Shown piece by piece: positions 40,001 to 55,089 of a DNA stretch of 64,000 nucleotides (its first letter is position 1; each line of letters opens with the position of its first letter). The translations under genes were made by a program, and so were the position numbers. This stretch comes from Tubulanus polymorphus. Taxonomy: Eukaryota > Animalia > Nemertea. Below the pieces are notes generated by a model. It saw only the letters and a program-made list of their open reading frames with translations. It did not search any database and had not been told where the DNA came from. The stretch lies in contig NC_134028.1 of NCBI RefSeq assembly GCF_964204645.1, positions 19,963,245 to 20,027,244 of the forward strand, written 5' to 3'.

Positions 40001-43000
40001 GAAAGTCAGCGTTCTCGACGTATCAACAGCCACGTTTACTGGCGATTCCATCGTCAGTTTTCCGACAGGTGCCTGTACGTGTACGGTGAAGTTTGCCACT
40101 TGCCAGCTGACCATGTTAGTCGCGTTTACCACTACAGTTCTGCTGCCAGGTGTTGCGTATGTATAAACCAGTGTTCCGCCCATTCCTATGATACATTGAG
40201 ATATTACATATCATAATCCAGGAGCCCAGATCACTTTAGGGTAGACGTTCGAATGCAACTGGTAGTGATGGGTGCCTATGAAAATTTTGTTTTAATCAGT
40301 TTTTACCCCTTGTTTGGCGGGTCCCATGAGGTAAATACAGGAGTCATGAAATGCCAGACTCTGGTTTTTACCAATGGATCTTTGAAAGATTTGCCATGTA
40401 TAATGGTTTCGGTCATTGGTAACCAGTTCGTCTATACGCTTAGTTTTCTGCTGGGCCCCGGGACTGTTAACGCAAAGATGATTTGCTGATTCCGAGATCC
40501 GAGATCGAATCAAGCATTATGATTTTGTAATTAATGATATCTTCATTGTCGGAGTGCCTATTAACTAATATATTTATAATATCTACCGTTATGACTTTGT
40601 TGCGATTCTTTAGTTCCAGGTTTGATCCTAACCGTTTTATCAGCTTCCATTGTCATTACGCTTTCAACATCAGTACCTATATTTTGCCGAGCACAGATTG
40701 AGCACTCATTCCTTGATGTAGTTAATTAAGATTTCAGGGATTTTTCACAAGAGATACATCAATAGTATATACCTTGAGAAATGTACCAGGCTACCTCAAC
40801 GGAGTCACCCAATTTGATGAATTGTTTACTTGCATTCACCGTCAACTGCAGAACCTCGTCTTGAATTATGATTTGTTTCTGAAAGGTAAAGATCACGTGA
40901 CGATACTTTATTAGAGATATCCAATAAGATATATCCCTGGGCCCGATTTTATAGACCGGTATTACCTCGAACTCGGGGGCTAATTCAATTGAAAATGAAT
41001 TAAGTTAGCCCCCGGGTTAAAGGTAATACAATTCTATAAGACCGGCCCCAGTAGTTTTTTCTAAATCCCCATATTAGGTAGCATATTATAGCCGCACGTG
41101 TGACGAACCACTGGCCAATCAAATGACTGAAAATAGACATAGTGTTTTGTCGGGATATATAAGATGATGTGAGTAACTATTATGGAAATGTATAAAAGAT
41201 TGTGGGCATACCATAAATGGCATCAATTTATCTTTGTTTCACACTGCTTTCTGAGCGCAGGGACAAGATGGCGGGAAGTGCCGATTTTTATACTTACCGA
41301 AACTCCTTCAAAGCTGACATCATTCATGGCATTCAAAGACACGTCGTAGGTGCCTGATTTTGTGTACGAACGAGTAGTTTGATTTTCGGTAGTTTCATTC
41401 GTCGCTGAACCGTTCGCGGAGAATTTCCAAACATATTTCACATCACTGCCATAATGAGGCGGTATTGAGAATGTCACTGTTTCGTTTGTTTTTGCTTCGA
41501 TGAAAGAAAGAAATTAGGTTTTCTCAGTTCATGAACTGTTTGTAAGTAGACGAGAGAAATCCCACAATAATTCAGTCAAAGATGAAAAATTCTTGAATGG
41601 ATGGGTATATATTTTGAGCAACGTTTAGCCATCATGAGGCGTACTGAGAAACAAAATGAAATATTAACAGAATGTATAAAAATTCTCAACATATATAATC
41701 TTCTATTCAAGAATTTTTCATCTTTTGAATGAATTATTGTGGGATTTCTCCCGTCATCCATCTTACACGGATAGTGTGTATCTGTTAGTAAGTAGGCCTG
41801 GTGATGAATGCTGTTGGACTGTTATTTAATACTTATCGTCTGCGTGTAACCTACCGGCGGCAGGTGAATCAATCTTCACATTGCTAATCGGCACAAGAAC
41901 GTTGACGGCCACCGTTGAATTTTCACCGCCGAACACCGAAGCGGTCACGTTGAACGTATCCTTCGTTGATTGTGGTGTATAGGTGTGAGCGAATCGCACT
42001 TCAAGAGCGCGAAGAAAATGAGCTTGAACCATTATCCGGTAATCGCGTGTTGCGTATTTCGATGCCGCGTTATTCAGTACGGAGGTATATGCAGTGATCG
42101 GAAACTTTCTCAGCGTCACACTCGGGCTTTGAACGACGATGACATCGCCCGGCTGAACGGTAGTGTTACCAGTCACTATCTGAAACGTCTGTCTACCGGT
42201 CTTCGATATCGCTTGCGAAATAGAAACGACCGTCCTGAAGAATCTGTGTACTTTATCGTAATTCTTGAAATAGCTTTGAATCTTCACTTTCCCGGCGCTG
42301 TCGACGCAAGCTTTCTTTTGGAAACTGTACACCGATGGCGACTGACATTTCAAAGCCCAGACTGATTCAGATTTCGAGCATTGCGTTAAAACAGGGTCGA
42401 TGCAACGGTACGATCGGAAACAAAACACCTTCCAAGGTTGACATCTGGGCCGCTGTATCTAAACGATAATATACACGCGGTGTGAAAATTCCTTCCAATA
42501 TTCGCTTTTCAATCACTCATATTTCAGTATAATCCATCACTCATTAAAGGTAAAGTTTGTCAAGAATGGTTATTATGTATTTATGTAACATAATCTATCG
42601 TTGAAAACAAAAGCTTTGAACATTTGAAATGTCAGCGCCATCAAAATTACATCTCGTCAGGATGTGTCACTGAAGAACAGTAGTATTTTTTTCAAATAAA
42701 CTTAATTTTTCCTAAACCCTAAACCAAGTAGTTTCTAATTAGGGGATTTCAGCGCCCATTTTCCCTAATCAATTTTGGGAGAAATTTTGAATAGGTTAGA
42801 TAAGAAATGAAAAGTGATCATAATAACAGACAATTATGATATCGGGTCCTTGATTTCGGTTTTTCATCGATGATGGATTGCCGGGCATTGATAAAAATGT
42901 AAACCTCACCTCGAATGTGAAATCCCCGATTTTTCCAACGTCTATCTCATATTGTCCTATGGTGCCGTGATATCTAATGATATCATTAAGTAGATAATGC

Positions 43001-46000
43001 TTTTTAGTGATGCTTGCAGTTGTGCAATTGCTTTCCGGACATTCGGTCGTTCCCACTGAGAACACGGTTGACTCTGCAATTTAGATCAGATAATGGAAAG
43101 AACATAAAACAATAGAATTAGTTTGCTCTAGTCTCTCTGGCGTTGTTGAGGATTTGAGTGACCATGGGTTTGCTTAAGCACTAGCCGCCTCGGTACATGC
43201 TTTATTAGGCCATGTAGTTACTTAGACCTTAACTTTTGTGTCAAGTTTTTCTGAAGACGTTTTACGTTATTGAAATGATCGTATGTTCAACGCAATGTTC
43301 AAGTCAAATTGTCAGTTAGTGAGTTTAGTTAGTAAGTTAGTGAATGATTTTCATATACCTAGGAACGGTTGCTCAAAGGTTGGTCAAACTTTTAACCGTC
43401 GGATAAATTGGGTTGGTCAAGAATTAGAAAGCTAAATAAATCAATTTTCGGAAGAATGTTTATGAGAAAGGTTTCATTTTGTAAGAGAGGACCTTGGAAG
43501 AGGCACAGACAGAAATCGCGCCACAACATTACCTTTCAAGTATTAAAAGCGTTGAATTTTTTTTTCTCTAAAATTGGATTCCCTTTTTTTCAATTTTCCT
43601 GTCATTATCGATCAAAACAGACTCCATTCAAAGTGCGAGAGGGCGTATGAAAACTGGGCCAACGAGTGAATTAATGATTTAACCACTGGTTTAGGAACCT
43701 GAACCACCGATTGGCAAACCGAGGTTTTGGGGAACTGAATTTAACCTGTGGTTAACTAACCGATGGTTAGGGACTTATCCACCGGTTATTTTAACCAACC
43801 TTTGAGCAACCGGTCCCAGTATCGATTGAGTTGCTGAAAATTTGTCATTTTCGGATACCTTGATTGTCGAATCTCAGTACGGTGCCGTCATCTAGATCAA
43901 CTTCCAGTTTTCTAGCTTTGACGCCTTGAACAAGTTGAACGGTACATTCAAATCTCTGCGACTCGTTCACCGAAGATGGGCATTGCAAATGCGGTCTAAA
44001 CGATATTTCCTCAACCTGATGACGAAATAGCTTTTTTACCCAATTGACAACAATATACGTATCGAAATAGAAAAAAAAGATCTTTTGGTTAAAAAGATGA
44101 TCGTTATGATCCCATCTCTTATAGTAAGATATAGGCTTATCGAATATCGATGCAAGGAAATATTATCTATTTTTACATTGCTTTTGAAAAAAGAGAAAAA
44201 TGATAAGCCATATTCCGAATTCCAAAATTGATTAAGGCAAGCGACTATTTTTTATCTTTTAATTAGGGAAATTTAGGCGTTAACGACCATGTATCATGAT
44301 GTAATGTAAAGCTGCACTTCGTTATCAAATTACTCCTTCTAAGTAACAATTGGGTAGCAACCGTGAAGCAAAAAAAGAAAAACGTGTGACCAGGTTGTTT
44401 ATCGGGGTGCGTAGGGGAGAGTTTAAAAAAAGAAACGAGACCAGATTTCTGTCTGCGGGATGCGCATTTTTTTTCATTTTTATACCGACGAACTTTTTTG
44501 ACGCGTGCGGAAAATGAAACTAATGAGAAACAAACAATTTTTGCATGGTTTTCTACAATTATTATTCCGAACTTATGCTATACGCGTTTTTATATTATGG
44601 TGGCTGATTCGGGCCATACTAAAAAATTTCACATTGGCCCATTTTTTGGTTTTCTCTTGCGAGAATTCAAAACATTGTGGTTCTCTCGCGCGAGAAGTCA
44701 AAACTTTTGGTTTTCTCGCGTGAGACTTCAAAAAGAATTCTCGTGCGAGAAAATCAAAAAACGGGCCAATATGGAAATTTTTGTATCGTTGCTCTAGCCG
44801 TACAGAAAATTTTATAGTATGGTCCGAATCAGCCACCATATTATATGGCCTAAAAAGGAATATAAACATTCAATACGCTTTATCTCTAACCCATGCAGCA
44901 AAAAGTTGTACAAGTTAAAATCTACGTTGTAATACGTGTGTGGTTTTTATATTTGTATCATTTATTACATTTCATGTAGTTCAACCGTCCATGCTCAGTT
45001 CATGGACGTATAAACTAAGAGTCTATAACTATATAAAGACGTATAAACTAATCTAGTTTATACGTCCATGCTCAGTCTAAGTGCGTAACTAACATCTCAT
45101 GAATGAGATCTAGTGATCTTTGTATTGAATCTCGCATTTGGTGTACTGACGCTGTGGTCATTTCATGTTCCTATTAATGATCTCAAATCTTATTTGTTCA
45201 ATTTTTTTGTGGACTATTTTCTCTAGTTAAAACTAAGTGGATGATATCGTATGAATACGGTTGTGTATATATTCGAATTCCTGGTTATCATTAACTTGCG
45301 ATAATGTGTAATTTTGTACATTTATTAGGGTTTTCTGTTATTTCACAGAAAACCCTATTGATATCCGCGTGATTATTATTATTATTATTTTCTTCCACAC
45401 TATTTTTACTAAAAGAACAAAGGCTTTGTTACCATGCCGCTGTTGTCGATACAATCCGTCTGATATCATTCAGCTCACTTCGATCTACAAATACCCCGTG
45501 CGTATTTTGAAGAATCATCGTAACAAAAGCACTGTCGGGCCGTAAAATTGAGCCCCATTCAAAGAGCCGACATGTTTTTCTAAGTCCTCTTTCCGAAATC
45601 TACCGCACGTTTCTTGTCACATCAATTATCAATTCAAGCATAAATTAACAAATTTATTACCCAAAGATTGCACATTCTGTCGCGGTTTTTAAAAACTAAT
45701 TTTAACAATAGCCCATTTTCCTCATCAAATCGTATTACCGATATACAGGAAATTTACTACTTTAGATTTTAAAAGCACTTTCGAGCCGTAAACATCGACG
45801 AATCGACGTGTGTCACTACATCGTCGTTCCGGGGATCAGCTGCGAGTTTCACCTCATCATGAGAATCAAATCGAGTACAAATTAATTTATTACTACCAGT
45901 GATTTGGCTGCGGGCCTCATGCAATTAGTTCAGCAATACCTAGTTTTCTTTATCAAATTAACCGTGTATTTACTAAGATAAATCATACGTGTACCGGGGA

Positions 46001-49000
46001 GTCGTAGGCCTAAACGAAACACGCCGAAGAGATATAGCGGAGAAAAGCTGTTATGTCGACGAGGTATCAAAATAAAAGAGTATATTACTTTATTCGGCCG
46101 CGGGCTTCAACCTCTATATCAATACCATCAATACTCTATATTTCCTACAGTACATACCGATTATTGTCAAATGCACAAGGTATTTACTAAATACAAGTAT
46201 ATAACACAATCCTTTCCGTATGCTGGACTCACACTTGACATTCGGAGTAAGCGTTCGTTGTGGGGGAAAGGGATCGTTCGCTGTGTCGCTTGAAGTGTTT
46301 ATCGAGTTTGACGCGGCTTTAGGCCTACCGGTACTGAGCTTTACTGTCTCAAACAAACACAGTATAATTGTTGCGTTTATTAACGGACTCATTGGATTGA
46401 ACTTCAAAACAAAATTTACGATATTTAGGTGGGTTGTTATTCAATAGGCCTACGACCAATCTGTCCGGATGTTAGGCCTACGCATATACATATGCCTACA
46501 TAGGCTAGTAGCCTCTACTAGGTTAAGCGTTCGCTGTGGGGGAAAGGAGATCGTTCGCTGTGTCGCTTGATGTGTTTATCGAGTTTTACGCGACCTTATG
46601 GCTTTAGTATGGTGGCTGATAAGGGCCATGCGTAAAAAAAAAAACACGTATATGCAAATGAGGGCGACATTATGACAAAACGACAAAACTAAAATAACGC
46701 AACAAAACAATAACTTTGGTTTTGTCGCCCGCGACAATTCATTATTTCGGTTTTATCGCCCGCGACAATTCATTATTTTGATTTTATCGCCCGCGACAAT
46801 TCATTAATTAGGTTTTGTCACCCGCGACAAATCAATATTTTGGTTTTATCGCCCACGACAATTCAATATTTTGGTTTTATCGCCCGCGACAATTCATTAT
46901 TTTGGTTTTATCGCCCGTGACAATTCATTATTTTGGTTTTGTCGCACGCGACAATTCATTATTTTGGTTTTATCGCCCGCGACAATTTTTTTTTGTCGCG
47001 GTTTTATCGCCAGCGACAATTCATTATTTTGGTTTTATCGCCCGCGACAATTCATTATTTTGGTTTTATCGCCCGCAACAATTCATTAGTTTGGTTTTGT
47101 CGCCCGCGACAATTCAATATTTTGGTTTTATCGCCCGCGACCATTCAAGATTTTGGTTTTATCGCCCGCGACAATTCATTTTTTGGTTTTGTCGCCCGCG
47201 ACAATTCAATATTTTGGTTTTATCGCCAGCGACAATTGATTATTTTGGTTTTATCGCCCGCGACAATTCATTATTTTGGTTTCATCGCCTGCGACAATTC
47301 ATTATTTTGGTTTTATCGCTTGCGACAATTCATTAGTTTGGTTTTGTCACCCGCGATAATTCAATATTTTGGTTTTGTCACCCACGACAATTCAATATTT
47401 TGGTTTTATCGCCCGCGATAATTCATTGTTTTGGTTTTATCGCCCGCGACAATTCATTAATTTGGTTTTGTCACCCGCGACAAATCAATATTTTGGTTTT
47501 GTCGCCCGCGACAATTCAATATTTTGGTTTTATCGCCTGCGACAATTCATTATTTTGGTTTTATCGCTTGCGACAATTCATTAGTTTGGTTTTGTCACCC
47601 GCGATAATTCAATATTTTGGTTTTGTCACCCACGACAATTCAATATTTTGGTTTTATCGCCCGCGATAATTCATTGTTTTGGTTTTATCGCCCGCGACAA
47701 TTCATTAATTTGGTTTTGTCACCCGCGACAAATCAATATTTTGGTTTTGTCGCCCGCGACAATTCAATATTTTGGTTTTATTGCCAGCGACAATTGATTA
47801 TTTTGGTTTTATCGCCCGCGACAATTGATTATTTTGGGTTTATCGCCCGCGACAATTCATTAGTTTGGTTTTGTCGCCCGCGACAATTCAATATTTTGGT
47901 TTTGTCCCACGCGACAATTCAATATTTTGGTTTTATCGCCTGCGACAATTCAATATTTTGGTTTTATCGCCTGCGACAATTCATTATTTTGGTTTTATCG
48001 CCTGCGACAATTCATTATTTTGGTTTTATCGCCTGCGACAATTCATTAGTTTGGTTTTGTCACCTGCGACAATTCAATATTTTGGTTTTGTCGCCCGCGA
48101 CAATTCAAGATTTTGGTTTTGTCGCCCGCGACAATTCAAGATTTTGGTTTTATCGCCCGCGATAATTCAATATTTTGGTTTTATTGCCAGCGACAATTGA
48201 TTATTTTGGTTTTATCGCCCGCGACAATTGATTATTTTGGGTTTATCGCCCGCGACAATTCAATATTTTGGTTTTATCGCCAGCGACAATTCATTATTTT
48301 GGTTTTATCGCCCGCGACAATTCATTATTTTGGTTTTATCGCCCGCGACAATTCATTAGTTTGGTTTTGTCGCCCGCGACAATTCAATATTTTGGTTTTG
48401 TCCCACGCGACAATTCAATATTTTGGTTTTATCGCCTGCGACAATTCAATATTTTGGTTTTATCGCCTGCGACAATTCATTATTTTGGTTTTATCGCCTG
48501 CGACAATTCATTATTTTGGTTTTATCGCCTGCGACAATTCATTAGTTTGGTTTTGTCACCTGCGACAATTCAATATTTTGGTTTTGTCGCCCGCGACAAT
48601 TCAAGATTTTGGTTTTATCGCCCGCGATAATTCATTTTTTTGGTTTTGTCGCCCGCGACAATTCAATATTTTGGTTTTATCGCCAGCGACAATTGATTAT
48701 TTTGGTTTTATCGCCCGCGACAATTGATTATTTTGGTTTTATCGCCCGCGACATTTAATTTTTTTGGTTTTGTCGCCCACTTTATTAGCTTTTGAATAAT
48801 TAGGCCAATTAATAACGTAATAAAGACTTATGCTTTCGCCTATTTTGAAGTCGATTAATCTGATATAGTACGGAAGCGATAAAGGGCCTCGAGTTGTCGC
48901 GTTCAAACTCTAGAAGTCGCCATATTTATGTCGATATATCGTGATATATCGCATCAAGATCACATGAATATGTCGACATATCGTGACGTTTTGACGACTT

Positions 49001-52000
49001 GAAACTCAGTCCTCATATCACTGGCATCCTCATCTTTCAGCAACGCCAGTCACATGGAGTCGTACGTATTCTACTTTCTGCAACGCGACACGACTGTCAC
49101 AACCAACCGACGCGCTCTAGCGACTGGCAGAAACTAGTCGCACACAATCGTATTGCGACCGACTTGCACCGAAACTTGCGATGCAACGCAAGGATCGCAT
49201 CGTGTCGCAAGACCAACCTATGTCCGGCTTTAAGTAACTGCGGAGCACCAGAAATATCTTTTTTTCATTCAAAAGACCTTTCACTTGAAAATTCGTTCGT
49301 CGGAACAAAATTTATTTCGTTCGAACCAATAATATTCTATACGATTGAACCAATTTGAAAAAATCGTTAGAACAAAGTTGAACAAACTTTTTTTTGTCCA
49401 AACGAAAGGTTTTTCGTTCGAACAATCGTTCAATTGAACAGAATCGTTTTAATTTGAACAGAATTTTTTTGTCAGAACATTAAGTTTTTCGTTCGAACAA
49501 GTATATTGAAAAAAGTTTTTTCTCGAACCGAAAGTATTAAGTATTTCGTTCAATCGAACAGAATTGTTTTCATTCAAACATTCGTTCGAAATTGTTTTCG
49601 CTCAACCAAATTTTTTTGCCGGGACTAAATATTTTTCATTTCAACAATAACATAGCTTTTTATTCGAACACATTTTTTGTCAGAATGAAGAAAATTTTTG
49701 GTTCAAGCAAAAAGCGTATTGTTCGATCAAACAGAATTATTTTCATTCGAACAAGATTTTCTTGTTGGAACATTAAGTTTTTGGTCGAACAGCGTGTTAA
49801 GGTCGATTTGGAAATTTACTCGGTCTGGTATATGTTGGATTACTGTGTATGTCATTTGTCAGGACATTAAACAGAAGACAACTTAGGATACTACCTTGCG
49901 TGACTCCACTAGTTTGACCGACTTATTCCAAGATGAGGCGTTCCGTTGATTTCGGCTACAAGTTTTCGTTCAGAGATAACTGCTGAGCCATTTGGGCGAC
50001 CTATCATTGATACTGTTTCCTAATAGCCTGTTTAGTAATGGCTGATGTTGCGCCTTATCAAATGCTTCGTCGAAATCCACCGTTGAACAGGATTCTAAGA
50101 CTGTGCAGAAAACCCGTTATCGCTGCTTTGCAGCTATATTTTGGTTTGTTGTTTCCTGTTTTTTTTTGGAACGGCATTTATGACGAACGATGACTTATGT
50201 TTAGACATTGAGCGTATATTTCAATTCGTGTTTGGTGTCTATATAACGTTGTGTTGTCGTCATTTTCCTTCAAAACGTACCTGAATCAATTTCGAAGATC
50301 GCTCGAAGTTAAGCGTGTCCTGAACAGTGACCCCTATCGCTTGTTTCCCGGCGCCAACGACTTGCGTTGTGATGTTACCTGTTGTCTGAGGTACACGTCG
50401 GGGCCGATCGGAAAATACGAACGTAAAATTTACCGTAGAATTTACCAATGTCAGTGAAGATGGGAAGGGGTGCACGTTTGCGTCACTGAATAGGTCAAAA
50501 TTTCCTGATGAAAGAAAAGTTAACGAATTTTGAATTATTTAGAACAGGACCGTTACTGTTACACGTAATTCACGTTTCTCGAACATTAATATCATTGTGA
50601 TTGGTTATACAGTTATTTTGAACTGCAGAGGGATCCTTAAACTTTTACTTTGGAACCCGCGTTCTATTCTTTTTCATATTGATTTCGCAATAATTGAAAT
50701 ACGTACCGTCTGGGCGACTACCTGTTACATTTAGTCCTATTGTCTTCAGGCTAACGGGCGCAGTGTAAACTGACCAAGCGTTTTTAGTTCCACCGCAATA
50801 AAAGGAGCTATTTCCCAGACACGGTATCGTGCATTGGGATGATCCATTGCCAGGTTGCGAGCGTCCGCACAGGCATACACTACCTTCTGTCACGCCCGCA
50901 TATCTGTAATATTTATAATTTATTTACACCGCTGTTTTATATGTGCATATCATTCTGATTCATGGGTATGAATAAAAAAGAAACAAACTGACGCGTAGCC
51001 AATCAAAGAACATTGCTGTTGGCAGATTGACGGCTCCATCTGAGAAAGGGAGGCTCCGATCCTCGCTACGGTAAGTGCGGTGTTTTCCGTTTCCTCAAAG
51101 CATCCGACAAAGCCTGTGAAATAAGGAAAATAGGCCCCAGGTCAGATATACGTCAATAGCTTTTTCTATTGCATATAATATATTGTCACTATCGGACTCA
51201 AAATGTTCAGAACCTTCAGTTGTCGATTTAGCTCGGTTCCGTCGATACAAAAAAAAATTGATATATGAACAACATGTCAACAGACACTATTGCATTTTTC
51301 TGTGATGGCACTGGTTTGGCTAATATACGCATTCTTCCAAATCAAATCGTACGCTTGCTTCTCTAGACGATTAACGTATTCGATTTACATAACTTTTTAG
51401 CTAACTTCGTAATCGTAAAACTCAAATTCCCGGTTCTTTTCATGTTTGGTTATGATATGCACGCAGTTATGTATATTGAACACGGAACATTAGACCGGGA
51501 CATAAGGCCTTATTGGCTTTTACTGGAAAGAAGATATCCTATCGTCAAACTATTAAGAACCGCAGTCAGTCGATAAACTTGATTTCGCCAGTAACCGGCC
51601 TGGCTCAATTTTCACTGCCCTAAAATTTGACTAATTAACTTCCGATTGATTAAAATTTTTTCTATTAAATCTATTAGAATTATGAACATTCGTTGAATCT
51701 CCCATAATCAATTTTTCGAATACATATATAATTCTAGAACTTGATTCTAGTAAAAGACAGTTTCATTAAAACTGACCAAAATCGAGTTCATTTTGATAAA
51801 TATTTTTTGAGGCGCATAGTTCGCCTGGAGAAAAGGCTGCGCGTGTATTAACTAAATCGCTGTTACACTGAATGTTGATGTCGGATTATTTAAAATGAAA
51901 AATTACATTTTAACTTTTCTAGCGTTAGTAAAAGCTACGAGCAACTGAGCCACAGGGGACTATTTTCTGACCACCCTTGACGGATTATTCCGTCGCAAAT

Positions 52001-54994
52001 GATATGTTCACTTGACAATTTGCTGGTGTGGTGAGGCATCGCGCCGCTGGTGTGTAACCGTGGAGAACGTCGCCTTCAATATAGTTTCACTTATTCATAG
52101 ATGACGAGCGCCTCAATTGTAGAATTGAATGATGCCATCGGGTTCGAATCCCGCCCAATGGAAAAAAATATCAACAAGACGTATATCTATAGTTAAATTG
52201 ACAACTTCAATTTGAGTGGCAAACAAGTAGGCACTATGAATTAATTTTTTCTGTAGGTTTTAGCAGTATTTTGAAAACATGTCATGATCTACCAAGCCCA
52301 TTGTTGATCATGCACTAATGTTTATTTGTTCAATATTAGGTAATCAGTTTTAAGCAAGAAACCTATAGAAATCAGACAATCACAAGTGATCAATTCAAGC
52401 CATTCGATCAAAATACAATGATCGATCCACAAATTGACCAATAATTACTGGTGAAAAATGTCTTGTTACATCTATTTGGTTATAAAAAAACCAACTGATA
52501 GCCCGACCTAAGCTTTCCAAATCGAATTTAAACTGATTATCACTATAGTCTAATGCCGTCGTTGGCCCCTTATTATGTCCTCCCCACAGGTGGAATCGAC
52601 CTAGGCTTTCCCATTCGTATCGGACCTATTATTGACTGCATCTGCCCTCATTTACTAGGATTTAGTACCGTTAGAGATTTTAACTCCGCGCCGCTACGGT
52701 TTGGGGCGTGTATCAGTCGGTCAAGTAACAGTGGCCAATCAATGCGGATAGTGTTGGTTTCATCAGACATTTGTGACAAGCTTGTTTGAAGAAAATAAAG
52801 TCATACATCGTTATCAAGAGTTTTAGAAGAAAGTATTGTTAACATTGTAAACTTATCATGACCCAACTTATAATGACCGTGTTACAACACTATTGCGTAG
52901 TACCATGGACTCAGTCAATGGTAGTACGTAATAAAGATAAGTCGGTGAAAGATATTCCGAGCGATGGTGTTGTTTTCTACCAATGTCTGATATTGGTGAT
53001 TGGTGTATCTAACCGAAATGTCCACAAATACAGCCAAATCATCGGCACAACCGTGGTTACATTTGGCGTATTCTAAAAGGAATTGCCTTCAATTTACATC
53101 CTTCGGTTTTGAATAGACACAATTTGCTAGCATGGGACATTTTGCATCCAGGAGATTTTTTTTTTTAGAATTCACCTCGAACTAATTGGTAACTTCATAA
53201 CTCAATACCGAGTCAACATGTGTTACGTTTCATGAATTTAAAACTCGAAATCTTAGAGTATCGAATATACAATTTAAAAAGCTTGTGCTATCAATAGTAT
53301 CAAATATCTCATCTAGAACCTGTAATTCAATGATAGAATATATAAGAGTTAATGCTCGTGCCAATATAATATATCTTGAATTCCTTCCAGCTGATAAACC
53401 TCGGGTCCTTCACTCAGTGATGACGTCTGTTACGAATTCATCTGACGTGTCGTGCGTAAAAACTTTACCGATACGAAAAGTTTACATCGATACGTTTTAC
53501 GTCCATGCGATTGTACTATCGTTACGATCGAACGTTTGAAACGAAAATCATACTACGTATGCAAATTCGTAGCTTGTTTTGATTTATCGTTTCTCGTTTC
53601 GTTCGCGTTTTTGTACCCGATTCGGGCGTTGTACGTTTACGCGATTATGGGTGACGTCATGTTTCGTTTTTACGCGCTCGAATTCGGGGGTTGGATTTCG
53701 TTCATATTTTGATATATGTTTCTCTGGTTAGAGACATCGAGGAATTGGTCGGTTGTTTTGCTCAGTGTTGATCGGCTAGTGGTGATTTCATTTCCGTTGC
53801 GAGCGGTGCGATTTTGGACACAAAGAAAACTACTATCAATTATGATTTGTGTGGTTACCTTAAGCGCGTTGGCAAACTGGCATTATATCATACAAGGCTC
53901 ATTCCCAGGACTTTATCACTTGCCTTGTCTTAGATTAGATATTCGTGTTTATACCCAGTACAGTGGTTATACACTCTTCAAATATACTGATTTTCTCACA
54001 AAACTCATCACAAATTACACCAATTATGTTTACATGTTCATAACGTCAATATTCCCTACTTGTTTTTTGATAGTTGTCAATTTTCTGTTAATGTTTGTTT
54101 TATATCGTGCGACCACAGCTCGACGGTCTCTTCGTCGAAGTGATTCCGTCGCCCGCAACAATGTCATCGATATCCGCGCTCTCAGAAATGTCGTTGCGCT
54201 CGTCGCTTTCTTTCTAATTTGCGAAATCCCGGCCACAATGCCGCGACTTTTTGAAATAAACGGTTTTGTAATACGCGATTATAGATTGCGAGCAATGTTT
54301 TATCAATTCGCTCTCACTACAACGGTTTTCAATTCAGTCGGTAATTTTTTCATCCTTATTTCTACCGATGATAGATTCCGTAGTTTCACACGATGCCAGG
54401 CGTGTCGGGTAGACCGGTAGTTTCGGGGCTGTAGTACGCCGACTGAGAGACGTTCTAATCGAAAAATTTGTTCCATCATACACATTGAGGACACGTTAGA
54501 TTTCCTACTTATTATGAAAAATACTGCAGTAGATAGCAGCAATACAATATTATTCACTGATGTTGTGGCTCTATACCCCAGTATACCTATCGAAGATGTT
54601 AATAGAGCTGTTAATGAGTTTCTACACATGTGAAGCTATCGATAGTAGTTCTTAGTAATAATATCTGTAAATTTTTTACAACATGCATTTTGTGCTAATG
54701 TCGGGAACGGCTATTGGTAAACGTATTCATGCACATATATTTTAGAATCGGAAGACTTCGACAAATCTACCCACAAACCTAAATTGTGGAAGAGATTCGT
54801 AGATGATACATAAGTTTGGTTTGTGGGAACAGGGTCTTGATGAGTGTTTAACTAAATTTACTGAACGTCAGATTTACCCATGAATATACCTTTTTAGAAG
54901 CTAATCATCTAGATGTTAGAGGCTACAAATCAAATTGGAAAATTGGTACTGACCTATACACTAAACCCACTGATACGCACCAGTATCTACATTT

Positions 54995-55089
<95 letters not shown>

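Noticed and set aside
39444-42365. Plus-strand ORFs overlapping polycystin exons (also at 26540, 26569, 36504 and 36998)
   Set aside because: They are antisense shadows of GC-richer coding exons and show no independent motifs.
46716-48780. 31-bp array as a CRISPR array or as repeat-protein ORFs
   Set aside because: The units are contiguous with no unique spacers, there are no cas genes, and the setting is a eukaryotic intron. The overlapping ORFs in all three frames are a by-product of a stop-poor 31-bp period.
52090-52165. Possible tRNA gene (ggttcgaatccc B-box)
   Set aside because: No cloverleaf or acceptor stem could be folded. It is at most a SINE remnant.
53710-53712. TGA in the GPCR as selenocysteine or programmed readthrough
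   Set aside because: There is a second independent lesion in TM1 and no recognisable SECIS. A TGG>TGA nonsense change is the simpler explanation.
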